Notes: generated from the sequence alone by a model not told the origin. A DNA stretch of 64,000 bases from Acidobacteriota bacterium (GCA_040005235.1 JBDTZG010000014.1:1-64000); one strand, 5' to 3'; positions 15,801-25,600 are shown, counted from the stretch's first letter. Program-made: numbers and translations.

Positions 15801-18391
15801 GCGCCGAGGGCGGTGGTGAAGAAAGCGAGGAGATCGCGGCCTGGCGCGCGGAGCACGTCGCCCAGTGGCAGGCGCTTTACGAGCACACCTACGGCGGGGC
15901 GACCGGCGGCGGAGCCACGGGAGCCACCGATGCCACGTTCGACGTCTCCGGCTGGAATAGCAGCTACACGGGCGAGCCGATCCCCGCCGCGGAGATGGCC
16001 GCCTGGGTCGACTCAACCGTCGAACGAATCCTCGCGCTCTTCGGCGAGCGTCGCCCGAGAATTCTGGAGATCGGCTGCGGCACCGGCCTGTTGCTCTTCC
16101 GCCTCGCACCGCACGCGGCGTGCTACCAGGGCCGGGATTTCTCCGCCGCCGCGGTCGCGCAGGTGGCGACCCAGCTCAGCGCGATGGCGAAGGACGGCAA
16201 ACCCCTTTCGGAGGCCACGGTCGCGCAGCACACGGCGGACGATTTTTCCGCAATCGCGCCGGGCTCTTTCGACCTGGTGATTCTCAACTCAGTCGTTCAG
16301 TACTTCCCCGACGTCGAGTATCTGCGCCGGGTGCTTGGAGGCGCGGTCGCCGCCACGGCGCCAGGAGGCGCGGTGTTCGTCGGCGACGTGCGGAGCCTGC
16401 CTCTGCTCGGCGCCTTCGCCGCCTCGGTCGAGCTCTATCAGGCGCCGGGCTCGCTGCCGGCGGCCGAGCTGGCGCAGCGGGTGCGCCGACGGGTCCAAGC
16501 CGAGGAGGAGCTGGTGCTCGATCCGGCGCTGTTTGCCGCCCTTGCCGCGACTCTCCCCGAGGTCGCGCGGACGGAAGTGCGCTTGAAGCGCGACCGCGGA
16601 GCCGATGAGCTGGTCCGCTTCCGCTGCGACGCGGTGCTGCGGCTGCGCGCAGGGGGTGGCGTTGCGGATTCGGCGGTAGGCCCCGCCCTCCGCCTCGGCT
16701 GGGCCGAGCGAAGCTTGTCGCTCGACGCCGTGCGCCGGAAGCTGGCGGAGGAACGGCCGCCGGAGCTTGCGCTGTACGGCGTTCCGAACGGCCGGGTGAT
16801 CGCGGCGGTGGTTGCCGCGGAACGGCTGGCCGAACCCGGCGGGCTCGCGACCGCGGCCGAGATCGCCGCGGCGGCGCGTGAAGGAGAGGCGCGCGGCATC
16901 GAGCCGGAGGACTTCCAGCGCCTGGGCGGGGAGCTGGCCTACGCGGTGGACGTCCTCTGGTCGGACTCGGCGGCCGACGGCAGCTACGAGGTCCGATTCC
17001 GCGACTTGCAGGCGCCAAGTGCGGTCGGGGCGACGGCCGGCCCCGAGCGTCCCGTGGAGCGGTCGAGGAGCGTCCACCGTCCGTGGTCCTCCTACGCCAA
17101 CAATCCCCTTCAGGGGCAGTTCGCGCGCCGGCTGGTGCCGCACCTGCGCGCGTTCCTCGGCGAGCGGCTCCCCGATCACATGGTGCCTTCGGTCTTCTCC
17201 CTGCTCGACGCCCTGCCGCTCACCCCCAATCGCAAGGTCGATCGCCGGGCGCTGGTGCCCCCCGACACCGCCCGGCCGCGGGTCGGCGCAGCCTACGCCG
17301 CGCCGCGCAACTCGACCGAGGAGGCGCTGGCGGCGATCTGGTCGCAGGTTCTGGAGGTCGATCGGATCGGAGTCCACGACAATTTCTTCGAGCTGGGTGG
17401 GCACTCGCTGCTCGCCGTTCGCCTGTTCGCCGGCATTCGTTTGGGCCTCGGTCGCGACCTGCCGCTCGCGGCAATCTTCCGCGCCCCGACCATCGCCCAG
17501 CTGGCGGCGGCTCTCGGAGAGGGGGGCGAAGCGGACGGCCCCGGATCGATGGCTCACGGCGCCCTGGTCGGGCTCTCGACCGGGGGCTCCCGCCGGCCGT
17601 TCTTCTTCGTCCATCCGGTCGGCGGCGGCGTCTTCTGCTACACCGAGCTCGCCCGCGCCCTCGGTCCCGACCAGCCGGTCTACGGCCTCCAGTCGCCCGA
17701 AGGGGACGACGAGGCGACGGCGACCCTGGAGGAGATGGCTGCGCGCTACCTCGCGGCCCTACGCGCCGTGCAGCCGGAGGGACCCTACCGCCTGGGCGGC
17801 TGGTCGATGGGGGGAGTTGTGGCCTACGAGATCGCGCGCCAGCTCGTCGCCCGCGGCGAGGCGGTCGAACAGCTCGCGGTGCTCGACGTCTTCGCCCCCG
17901 GCCGCGGTTTCGGGAGACCCGGCGGTCCTGAAAGCCCCGTTGTTGACAATGCCCGCGCCGTCAACGAGGCGACCCTACGCGCCTGGTTCGCCCGCGACCT
18001 CGCCGGGCTGCTCGGCAAGCCGCTCCCCGCCGAGCTGGCGGATCTCTCCGCCGACGCACCGCTGTCCGAAGCCTTCGCCCGGGCGCGCGATCTGGGAATC
18101 CTCCCCAACGATCTCGACTTCACCGTGGCCGCCCGCCGCTTCGACCTGTTCCGGGCGAACCTGCGCCTGATCGAGCATTACGCGGCGCGCCCCTACCCGG
18201 GTCGCATACGGCTCTTCCGCGCCGCCGGCTCCCACTTCGACGACCCGGAAGACTCGACCCTCGGCTGGGCCGCCCTCGCTGCCGGCGGGGTCGAGCTCCA
18301 CCGCCTGCCCGGCGATCACTGGGGAATGGTGCGCCGCCCGGCTGTCGAAGCGATCGCCGCGGCGCTCGGCAAGGCTGCGCTCGCGGGCTGA
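12857..18391 (+). CDS. Terminal NRPS: C-A(Ala)-N-methyltransferase-PCP-TE
   Basis: GTG overlaps the MFS stop (GTGA). N-terminal docking helix LARRLAALPEKQRRLL; C HHIVSDGWS; A code DLFNNALTYK (Ala); MT ILEIGCGTG and NSVVQYFP inserted between A8 and A9; PCP GGHSL; TE GWSMGG with C-terminal GDH. Confidence 0.94.
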   Translation: MSAADDLARRLAALPEKQRRLLELRLARERKEEPASGSIPTQPRDGRRFPLSPAQARLWFLDRLEPGSPWYNMALPLRLTGPLDAAALAASLAEVERRHEVLRTTFALDGEGSAVQGVGAPAGLPLPAVALLALPPAARGLELKRLLAAPVRRPFDLASGPLMRALLVSTAESEHAFLLSMHHIVSDGWSLGVLVRELAVLYQAFSRRLPSPLASLPIQYADFAVWQRGLLAGPFLAELLAYWRRQLDGAPPLVALATDRPRPAVQTFHGATWTFALPPGTATSVHELSRRAGATPFMTLLAAFLALLHRHSGQDDLAVGSPIANRGRAELEDLIGFFVNTLVLRADLSGDPGFDALLRQVKTLATGAYGHQDLPFEMLVEELAPERELAHAPLFQVMFVLQNAPSPALDLSGLTLAPLPARSGTSKFDLTLFLWEGQNEFGGTFEYNTDLFDPATIVRLADGFALLVGGALADPQCRVSELPLLSPAERHRLLVEAGDTAPSFRVDSGLTRLHHPFERQATATPDAIALVAGGRRLSYRDLDIRANRLAHRLRGLGVGAESPVGIAMRRSAELVVTILAVLKAGGAYVPLDPEYPAERLAFILEDSRAKVLIVDAMDANDAGSGARRICPAAEQEALAALPASPPALAEPAGIAYAIYTSGSTGRPKGVAIEHRSALLFLHWAREAFSPEELAGVLFSTSICFDLSIFELFAPLSWGGRIVLVEDALALAGLPAADELTLINTVPSAISELLRLGPLPRSVRTVNLAGEALPRALADRVYAEPGVARIYDLYGPSEDTTYSTYALVVRGSSQEPAIGLPLPGTRVYLLDRQLHPVPLGASGELCLSGEGLARGYLGRPALTAERFLPDPFGGGRDFVCLLAPSGAFGSSQSLRGKQNHDLGGERGGRLYRTGDLARWLPDGNLAYLGRLDHQVKIRGFRIELGEIETALRAHPAVREAAVTAGAGPSGEQRLVAYVVQDQGAEGGGEESEEIAAWRAEHVAQWQALYEHTYGGATGGGATGATDATFDVSGWNSSYTGEPIPAAEMAAWVDSTVERILALFGERRPRILEIGCGTGLLLFRLAPHAACYQGRDFSAAAVAQVATQLSAMAKDGKPLSEATVAQHTADDFSAIAPGSFDLVILNSVVQYFPDVEYLRRVLGGAVAATAPGGAVFVGDVRSLPLLGAFAASVELYQAPGSLPAAELAQRVRRRVQAEEELVLDPALFAALAATLPEVARTEVRLKRDRGADELVRFRCDAVLRLRAGGGVADSAVGPALRLGWAERSLSLDAVRRKLAEERPPELALYGVPNGRVIAAVVAAERLAEPGGLATAAEIAAAAREGEARGIEPEDFQRLGGELAYAVDVLWSDSAADGSYEVRFRDLQAPSAVGATAGPERPVERSRSVHRPWSSYANNPLQGQFARRLVPHLRAFLGERLPDHMVPSVFSLLDALPLTPNRKVDRRALVPPDTARPRVGAAYAAPRNSTEEALAAIWSQVLEVDRIGVHDNFFELGGHSLLAVRLFAGIRLGLGRDLPLAAIFRAPTIAQLAAALGEGGEADGPGSMAHGALVGLSTGGSRRPFFFVHPVGGGVFCYTELARALGPDQPVYGLQSPEGDDEATATLEEMAARYLAALRAVQPEGPYRLGGWSMGGVVAYEIARQLVARGEAVEQLAVLDVFAPGRGFGRPGGPESPVVDNARAVNEATLRAWFARDLAGLLGKPLPAELADLSADAPLSEAFARARDLGILPNDLDFTVAARRFDLFRANLRLIEHYAARPYPGRIRLFRAAGSHFDDPEDSTLGWAALAAGGVELHRLPGDHWGMVRRPAVEAIAAALGKAALAG
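15476..15557. mobile_element. 82-bp palindromic MITE/REP-like element inserted in frame in the A domain
   Basis: Terminal inverted repeats ggtcgtgattttgtttgcctc ... ggggcaaacaaaaccacgacc (21 bp, 2 mismatches). Adds 30 residues between ERFLPDPF and RLYRTGD, absent from the paralogous A domains in the window. Possible decayed 8-bp duplication tcggcggc/ttggtgga. Confidence 0.72.
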
Positions 18392-18596
18392 ATCCGATGC
18401 GGCACCTCTTAAAATGGCTTATCCGCTTTGCCGTCAGAGTGTCCTACTATGGTGTGGGAGATGGCCCGATCTTCTTACGCCGCTGCCTTTCGACGATCAC
18501 CATTACGACAGCCGACCGCCTCGTCAAGGTGGAGTACGGGGGGGCTTTTCTTGCCGGCTGCAGCGAGAACGGCCATAGAAAGGGGAAGGCACAACT

Positions 18597-20024
18597 GTGA
18601 CAGAGGTAACCATTTCGGTTGAGGAGACAAGCACCTTTGATGGCAGTTGGACTGAAGAGCTGCAGTCCGTACACCGGAGTATCTCGGAGGTGGATTTTCG
18701 TTTCCGCGAGTTTGCCCGAACTCGTCCTGAGTTCCTCGAGCGGATGAAGTTCTCCGTGCTTGACCAGAATCGAGACCTGTTGAAATTCGCGATTCAACCC
18801 TGGCCCACTTTCGTGGGCCGTGAAAAGCTTGCCGAGTTTCTGCGAGTGAGTGGCGGGATCAACCGCCTGATTCGACAGATCCCGACTCGGATCTTCCGGA
18901 ATGATCCGGAGAAAGTCAGTAACTTTTACGAAGTGGGCTCACCCATGTTGGCGGAGATCGTACTCTCTGAACCCAACGGAGTCTCCTCCGCCTTGTCGAG
19001 GGGAGATTTCATCGAGACCCGCGATGGCTTCAAGTGCATCGAATTCAATTTTACCCCGAACCTGGGAGGGTGGGAGACCTCCGTCCTCGTGGGCATGCAT
19101 CTGGAGGTGCCCGCCACCGCGGAATTCATCCGCTCATCCGGGATCGAAGTGAGATACACCAACACGATGAGGAAATTCTTCTTTCACATAATTGACGAAG
19201 CCACCCGCCTGGGACTTTGCCCGGACGGCGAGCTCAACATTGCGCTGGTCGTTTCCCGCGAGAACTCCGCCTATCGAACAGAGACCGCCAGGAGGTATCT
19301 GAATTCCGAATACGACTTGGCAAAGAAGGAGCTGGAAGGGAGGGTTCATGGCACCGTAGAGGTCTGTCAGTACGGCTCCCTGGTACCTAGCGGCGGCACC
19401 CTATTCCTGAACCGTCTCAAGATCCAAGCCCTGGTGGAACTCAGTGGCGAGGTCACTCCTTCGAGCGTCTACCGATGTTTCAAGGCAAAGAAGCTCGCTC
19501 TACTGAATGGCCCCGCATCGCCAATCCTGTCCAGCAAGCAGAACATCGCGTTGCTCTCCGAGCACGCGGACTCTTCGGTGTTCGGTGCCGAGGAACAGCA
19601 GCTCATTCGCGATCACATACCTTGGACCCGCGAAGTGACCGACCGAGAGGTCGACTATCTTGGCACCCGCGTGGCCTTGCCAGACTTGCTGGCGAACCGG
19701 CAAAACGACCTCGTGCTCAAGCAGGTACGTTCGTTTGGCGGCAAGGACGTCATCGTCGGAACCTATGCCTCGGCCGAGCAATGGGAAGAGCAGGCCCGGA
19801 TCGCCCTTCAGGAACGGGGCTGGGTGGTCCAGGAGTTCATGGAATCGCTACCCTATTTGTTTCAGTGTGGGGAGTACGGGAGCGCTGCCCACGATGTGAT
19901 CTGGGGTCCCTTCTATCTTGGCGAGACCTACGGTGGCGGAATTCTGCGGATGCAGCCGAAGGCCTCCGGAGGACCAGTCAACCTAAGCCTGACCGCCACT
20001 GAGGGAATCATGCTCGAGGTCTGA
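18597..20024 (+). CDS. Circularly permuted ATP-grasp / glutathionylspermidine-synthase-like ligase
   Basis: RGDF...KCIEFN, SSKQNIALL, HIPWTR, LVLKQVRSFGGKDVIVG and WVVQEF match the motif order of this family. GTG start with a purine-rich RBS. Visibly lower GC than the upstream genes. Confidence 0.78.
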   Translation: MTEVTISVEETSTFDGSWTEELQSVHRSISEVDFRFREFARTRPEFLERMKFSVLDQNRDLLKFAIQPWPTFVGREKLAEFLRVSGGINRLIRQIPTRIFRNDPEKVSNFYEVGSPMLAEIVLSEPNGVSSALSRGDFIETRDGFKCIEFNFTPNLGGWETSVLVGMHLEVPATAEFIRSSGIEVRYTNTMRKFFFHIIDEATRLGLCPDGELNIALVVSRENSAYRTETARRYLNSEYDLAKKELEGRVHGTVEVCQYGSLVPSGGTLFLNRLKIQALVELSGEVTPSSVYRCFKAKKLALLNGPASPILSSKQNIALLSEHADSSVFGAEEQQLIRDHIPWTREVTDREVDYLGTRVALPDLLANRQNDLVLKQVRSFGGKDVIVGTYASAEQWEEQARIALQERGWVVQEFMESLPYLFQCGEYGSAAHDVIWGPFYLGETYGGGILRMQPKASGGPVNLSLTATEGIMLEV

Positions 20025-20042
20025 AGGCCAAGAGCTCGATCC

Positions 20043-22448
20043 TCATTCATAGCGGATGGCGATGAGAGGGTCGACCTGCGCGGCGCGCCGAGTCGGGAGG
20101 TAGGTAGCGAGGAACGCGACAAGCAGCAGGAAGGCGGCGGCAAGGAGGTAAAGAAGCGGGTCTGCCGCCGAGACGCCGAACAGCAGGCTGGTGATCAGGC
20201 GCGAAACGGCCAGGGCGCCTGCGACTCCAATGACGATTCCCAGCAAGGCGAGGGAAAGACCCTGGCCCGAGATGAGACTGAAGATTCTGCTGCGCTGTGC
20301 GCCGAGAGCGATCCGCAAGCCGATTTCGTTCATCCTTTCCGCCACCGAATAGGAAAATATTCCGTAGATGCCGAGCGCGGCAAGGACTAGAGCCAAGAGG
20401 GCGAAGAATCCGAGAAGGAGAGTCTTCGAGCGCGGCTCGGCAAGTGAATCGGCGAGGTGCTCGTCCCAAGTTCTGAGCTCGTCCAAAGGAAGGTCCGGAT
20501 CGAGTGCCCAAATGACCTTGCGCATGCTGTCGACATAAGGCTTTGGATCCGTGGTCGTGCGTACCATGTACGTCAGATCGTCGATGTGGTTCTGTCGTAG
20601 GGGGGTGTAGACGGTCGGTGTGATGTCTTCCGTGATGCCACGCTCGCGGGCGTCACCGACGATGCCTACAACCGCCCATTGCTTTTCGTTATAGGTGAAG
20701 CGGTTTCCCAAGGCGTTCTGGCCCGGCCAATAAGTGTCGGCCATCTTCTTGTTGATCATCGCTACCGGCGGGCTGTCGGCGACGTCCGAGTTGGAAAAAG
20801 CCCGCCCTTTGAGGAGAGGTGTCTCCATCGTCTTGAAATAGTCACCCAGGACGATTCGGATGTTGGCGGAGGGTTCCTGCCCCTTCGGCGGTTCCGGGCG
20901 CCCTTCAATGGCGATGGTGCTGACGGTTGCGGGCCACATCAAGGGAGGCTGATTGATGGCGCCCACCGACACGACGCCGGGCAAGGCGGCGGCGCGCCTT
21001 TCGAGCTCTTCGAGGAACGCCGTCTGCTTCTGAGGAGTGTCATAGCGGGGAGTGTTGGAGCCGAGGCCCAAGACGACGGGCGCCATGACCACGTGGCTGG
21101 GGTTGAAACCGAGATCCACGGCTCGAAGGTTCGCCAAGCTGCGCAGTAAAAGGGCCGCGACGATCAGAACCACCATGGTGAGAGCAACTTCGGCGACCAG
21201 CAGAATCTTGACGGGACGGCGGCTGCGCCCGGTTCCGGAGCGTCCACGCGCCTCCTTGAAGGAGGAGGCGAGGTCGAGACGGAAGGTCTGGAACACGGGA
21301 GCCATGCCGGCGAGCACTCCGGCGACCAAAGCGATGACCAGGGTGACCAGTAGCACCTTGGTATCGAGGACGATTTCGTCCTGGCGCGGCAGGGTGGTGA
21401 GCAGGCGGAGCAGGAACTGTTTCGACAGAATGGCGAAGACCAGACCCAGAGCACCACCAAGAAGCGCTAGGAGCACTCCTTCGGTGAGAAACTGCCGAAC
21501 GATAACGCCACGTTGGGCGCCGAGTGCCATGCGGAGCGAAACTTCGTGACTGCGCTGGCTGGCTCTGGCGAGGAGGAGGCTGGCCACGTTGCCGCAAGCG
21601 ATCAGGAGCACCAAGCCGACCGCACCCATCAAAACCAGAATGCCCGTGCGCGTCTTGCCGACGACCACCTCCTGCAATGGCACGACGTTGATGCCCCAGC
21701 CGGTATTGGTATCCGGGAATTGCTGTTCGAGGCGAGTGGCGATCGTCGAGAGCGCTTCCTGGGCGCTGGCGAGGGAGGCGTTGGTCTTGAGGCGGCCGAT
21801 GGTGAAGAAATAGCGCCAACGAATCACCTTCTCCTCGGGGCTGAACGCCACCGGTACCCAGAGCTGGGCCGAAGTCGGATAGACGTAACCCGGAGGCATG
21901 ACCCCGATCACCGTGTAGGCCTCGTTGTTCAGCTTCAGGGTCTTGCCGAGAATGTCCGGATCGCCGCCCAGATACCCCTTCCAGAAAGAGTGGCGGAGCA
22001 CCACCACTTTCGACTTCGCCGGCTCGTCTTCGTCGGGCAGAATGCCGCGCCCGAGGATGGGCTTCATGTCCATGATCTTGAAAAAATCGCTGCTGACCCG
22101 GACGCCGAGCTGGCTAGTCGGTTTTCCTTGGCCGGTGATGCTGTAGTACTGATAGCCGGCCGGACTGAACGCATCGAAGACCGAGCTTTGAGCCCGCCAA
22201 TCGAGAAAATTTCCCGGCGAAACCATCGAGCGATCGTCGGCGGCACCCTTTTGGTGGTCGTAGACCATCACCACCTTGTCGGGATTCGAGACCGGGAGGG
22301 GTTTCAGCAGAACTGCGTTGACGATGCTGAAGATCGCGGTGTTGGCGCCGATGCCCAAAGCCAGAGCCAGGATCGCAAGCAGAGCGTAGGCGGGTTTCAA
22401 AAAGAGCGAACGACAGGCGTGGCGTAGGTCTCGAAACAGGCTGTCCAT
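20043..22448 (-). CDS. ABC transporter permease, duplicated MacB/FtsX type (ADOP, acidobacterial duplicated orphan permease family)
   Basis: MDSLFRDLRHACRSL...LALGIGANTAIFSIVNAVLL; VLLIACGNVASLLLAR; EIGLRIALGA; PTRRAAQVDPLIAIRYE. AGGAGG RBS before the ATG at 22448. No ATPase gene is adjacent. Confidence 0.92.
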   Translation of the reverse strand: MDSLFRDLRHACRSLFLKPAYALLAILALALGIGANTAIFSIVNAVLLKPLPVSNPDKVVMVYDHQKGAADDRSMVSPGNFLDWRAQSSVFDAFSPAGYQYYSITGQGKPTSQLGVRVSSDFFKIMDMKPILGRGILPDEDEPAKSKVVVLRHSFWKGYLGGDPDILGKTLKLNNEAYTVIGVMPPGYVYPTSAQLWVPVAFSPEEKVIRWRYFFTIGRLKTNASLASAQEALSTIATRLEQQFPDTNTGWGINVVPLQEVVVGKTRTGILVLMGAVGLVLLIACGNVASLLLARASQRSHEVSLRMALGAQRGVIVRQFLTEGVLLALLGGALGLVFAILSKQFLLRLLTTLPRQDEIVLDTKVLLVTLVIALVAGVLAGMAPVFQTFRLDLASSFKEARGRSGTGRSRRPVKILLVAEVALTMVVLIVAALLLRSLANLRAVDLGFNPSHVVMAPVVLGLGSNTPRYDTPQKQTAFLEELERRAAALPGVVSVGAINQPPLMWPATVSTIAIEGRPEPPKGQEPSANIRIVLGDYFKTMETPLLKGRAFSNSDVADSPPVAMINKKMADTYWPGQNALGNRFTYNEKQWAVVGIVGDARERGITEDITPTVYTPLRQNHIDDLTYMVRTTTDPKPYVDSMRKVIWALDPDLPLDELRTWDEHLADSLAEPRSKTLLLGFFALLALVLAALGIYGIFSYSVAERMNEIGLRIALGAQRSRIFSLISGQGLSLALLGIVIGVAGALAVSRLITSLLFGVSAADPLLYLLAAAFLLLVAFLATYLPTRRAAQVDPLIAIRYE

Positions 22449-22695
22449 ACGGGCTCCCTCCTGGAGAACGATCGAGACTAAGCGGACCCACGCAAGCAAC
22501 GCAGATGCTCGACTCGCGTATTCCATCTTATCCTATCACCTGCCATGGACGCCAAGCGGATCTACGCATACTTGTTTCTTCGGGGTTCGTTGTCCCGATT
22601 CTGAGCCAAAGTGCACTACCTCAAGTTAGCGCTCTTCAGCAAGCGCAGGGGAGGATATCGTTCAAGATACTTGCAATGCAGATGGGAGGAGTTGC
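22449..22695. promoter_or_regulatory. Divergent intergenic region, probable promoters for the permease and the lipopeptide operon
   Basis: Lower-GC gap of about 250 bp between divergently oriented genes, with an RBS at each end. No -35/-10 pair could be assigned confidently. Confidence 0.45.
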
Positions 22696-25600
22696 TTGTA
22701 TCCTGGCCGCGCGGGCGAAGGATCGCTCGTCGAGCGGGTCGAACGGCTCTCGGAAGTAAGGCCCGAGCATCAGATCTACCTCTTTCTGGCCGAAAGCGGG
22801 GAGGAAGCCGGCAGTCTGACTCTAGCCGACCTTTCCGCTCGGGCACGGGCGATAGCCGTCTGTCTGCAGAAGCAGGGCTTGGAGGGTGAGCGTGCCCTTC
22901 TGCTCTTCCCTCCCGGCCTGGCCTTCATTTCGGCCTTCCTGGGCTGCTTGTACGCGGGGGTGGTGGCGGTACCGGTTGCGCCGCCGCGCCGCGATCGAGG
23001 GCTGCAAAGGCTGGCCGACGTGGCGGGGGACGCCCGACCGAAGGCGGTACTGGTCGGGACGTCCATGCTCGAGAGGGCTCGCAATTGGGATCTACCCGGG
23101 GCGTCCGAATGGGCTTGGCTCGATGTCGAAAGCGTCGCGCGAGGGGAGGCCGAGAAGTGGCGAAAGCCGGATCTCGATCCGGCGGCACTGGCTTTCCTCC
23201 AGTACACCTCGGGCTCGACTTCCGTACCTAAGGGGGTAATGGTCAGCCACGGCAATCTGGTGGCCAACCTCCAGCTGATCACCGCGGGTTTCGGCCAGAC
23301 GGAGAGCTCGGTAGTGGTCGGCTGGTTGCCGGCCCACCACGATATGGGGCTGATCGGCAACATCTTGCAGCCGCTGTGGTCGGGATCGCGCTGCATCCTG
23401 ATGTCGCCGCTGACCTTTCTGCAGAAACCGGTCCGTTGGCTGGAGGCGATCTCCCGTTACGGCGCGACGACGAGCGGCGGGCCGAGCTTCTCCTACGAGC
23501 TGTGCGCTGAAAAGATAACGGATGAACAAAAAGCCGGTCTGGACCTGAGCCGCTGGAGCGTAGCGTTCAACGGCGCCGAGCCGGTGCGGGCGGATACCCT
23601 GGATCGCTTTGCCGCTGCTTTCGACTCTTGCAGCTTTCGCCGCCAAGCTTTTGCGCCTTGCTTCGGTCTCGCCGAAGCGACTCTGCTGGTCACGGTTGCC
23701 GGGCCGGATCGCGGACCCCGAGTGGCATCGTTCTCCTCTGCCGATTTGGAGCAGGGGATCGCCATTCCCGCGAAAGATCTTACGGTGCCTTCCCGTCGCC
23801 TGGTGGGATGCGGTACCCCCCCGCCGGGGGTGGACGTGAAGATCGTCGACCCGGAGAGCGGACTTGTTTGTCCCGAGGGGCGCGTCGGCGAACTGTGGGT
23901 GGCGGGAGACAGCGTCACGGAGGGTTACTGGCAACGCCCCGAGCTTTCGGCAGAGACCTTTGGCGCTCAGCTCGGAGACTTTGGAAAGGGGCGTTACCTT
24001 CGTACCGGAGATCTAGGCTTTCAGGTCGAGGGTGCGGAGCTCTTCGTGACCGGACGCCTCAAGGATCTCATCATCATCCGCGGGCGCAACCACTATCCAC
24101 AGGATATCGAGTTGACCGTCGAGCGGAGTCACCCTTCGCTGCGCTCGGCCCACGGCGTCGCTTTTTCAGTGGAGAGCGGTGGCGAGGAAAGGCTGGTGGT
24201 GGTCCAGGAAGTCGAGCGACGCAGTCGCGTATCGTCGGAGGAACTGGAGGACGCGATACGCCAGGCGGTTGCGGATCAACACGACATCTCGGTGCTTGCG
24301 GTGGTGCTGCTCGGATTTGGCTCCTTGCCGAAGACGACCAGCGGCAAGGTTCAGCGGCGGCGCTGTCGGGATCTCTTTTTACGAGGCGAGCTTGCCGGCG
24401 GCGGGCGCGGCGCAGCGCCGCGGGGAGCCGCGTCGCCAACCGGGAAGATATCGCCGACGGTTGCGGCCGACCTTCCGAGGGCCGAAGCGCTTGCGGCATT
24501 GCGAGAGTTTGTGGCGCAAGCCTTACGAACCGATCCTGCGGTCCTTGACGCCGGCCGGCCGTTGACCGCCCAAGGTCTGGATTCGCTGGCGGCATTCGAG
24601 GTTGGGGGACGCATAGAGGCGGCGTTCGGAGTCGCCGTGGACCCGGCGGACCTCTTGGCCGGAGCGAGCCTGGAAGAGATCGTCGGAACTCTATCTGCCC
24701 ACGGCTCTCGATTAAACGCCGACGATCGAGCCATCGTCGAGGGGACGCGGGAGTTGAGGCCAGCGGACCGCGAGCGTTCCGATGGAACCGCCTCGATCTC
24801 GCGTGGCCAGAGGGCGATCTGGTTCATGCAGCGTCTTGAGCCCCAGTCCGCGGCATACAATCTCTCAGCTGCCTTTCGAGTGCTGTCTCCCCTCGATCTG
24901 GCCGCCTTCGAGCGTGCCCTCGGAAGGCTCCTCGCTCGGCACGATTCGCTCCGCTCCCGGTTTCCGGTAGAGGATGACGAGCCGGTCTGCCGGATCGTGG
25001 CGGAAGAGGTGGGGGTCGAACGCCTGGATGTCTCGTCCTTGAGCCCCGCCGAGCTCGCCGAGCGTCTGTCGGCGGCAGCGCATCTCCCCTTCGACCTGGA
25101 GCGGGGACCGCTCCTGCGCGCGACCCTCTTCGAAAGCGCCGAAGGGGCGACTCTGCTGCTCTCCGTCCATCACATCGTGGTGGACTTCCAGTCTCTCGCG
25201 GTCGTCGCTCGCGATCTCGGGCGGTTCTATGAGAGCGAGCGCCGGCCCGGAGTCGCCACTCTGCCGAGCGTCGGCGGGGATCTCGGGCGCTACGTCGCAT
25301 GGGAAGAGCTTCAGGCCACCGGCCTCGTTGGCGACAAGGGGTGGGAGTACTGGCGTGAGACCCTGGGTGGCGCCCTGCCGGAGCTGGATCTGCCCACCGA
25401 TCGCCCGCGTCCCCGCCACCAGAGGTTCAAGGGCGGATCTCGCTCTTTACGCCTGGATGGCAATCTTTCGTCCCGCGTGGCCGCCCTGGCGCGGGGGAAG
25501 TCATCGACCCAGTTCAGTATCTTGCTCGCCGCGTTCCAGATCCTCCTGCACCGGCATTCGGGTCAAGATGACGTATTGGTGGGGATTCCAGCTTCCTGCC

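Noticed and set aside
18419-18450. Sigma70-like promoter (ttgccg ... tactat)
   Set aside because: The spacer is only 11 bp, so no acceptable -35/-10 geometry.
18397-18600. Small ORF upstream of the ATP-grasp gene as a RiPP-like precursor
   Set aside because: No clear RBS, leader or core repeat pattern; the ligase is not of the graspetide (RimK-like) type; the region is more simply a promoter or UTR.
24406-24422. Short perfect palindrome cgcggcgc-a-gcgccgcg in the FAAL-ACP linker
   Set aside because: All-GC 8-bp arms arise by chance in this composition.
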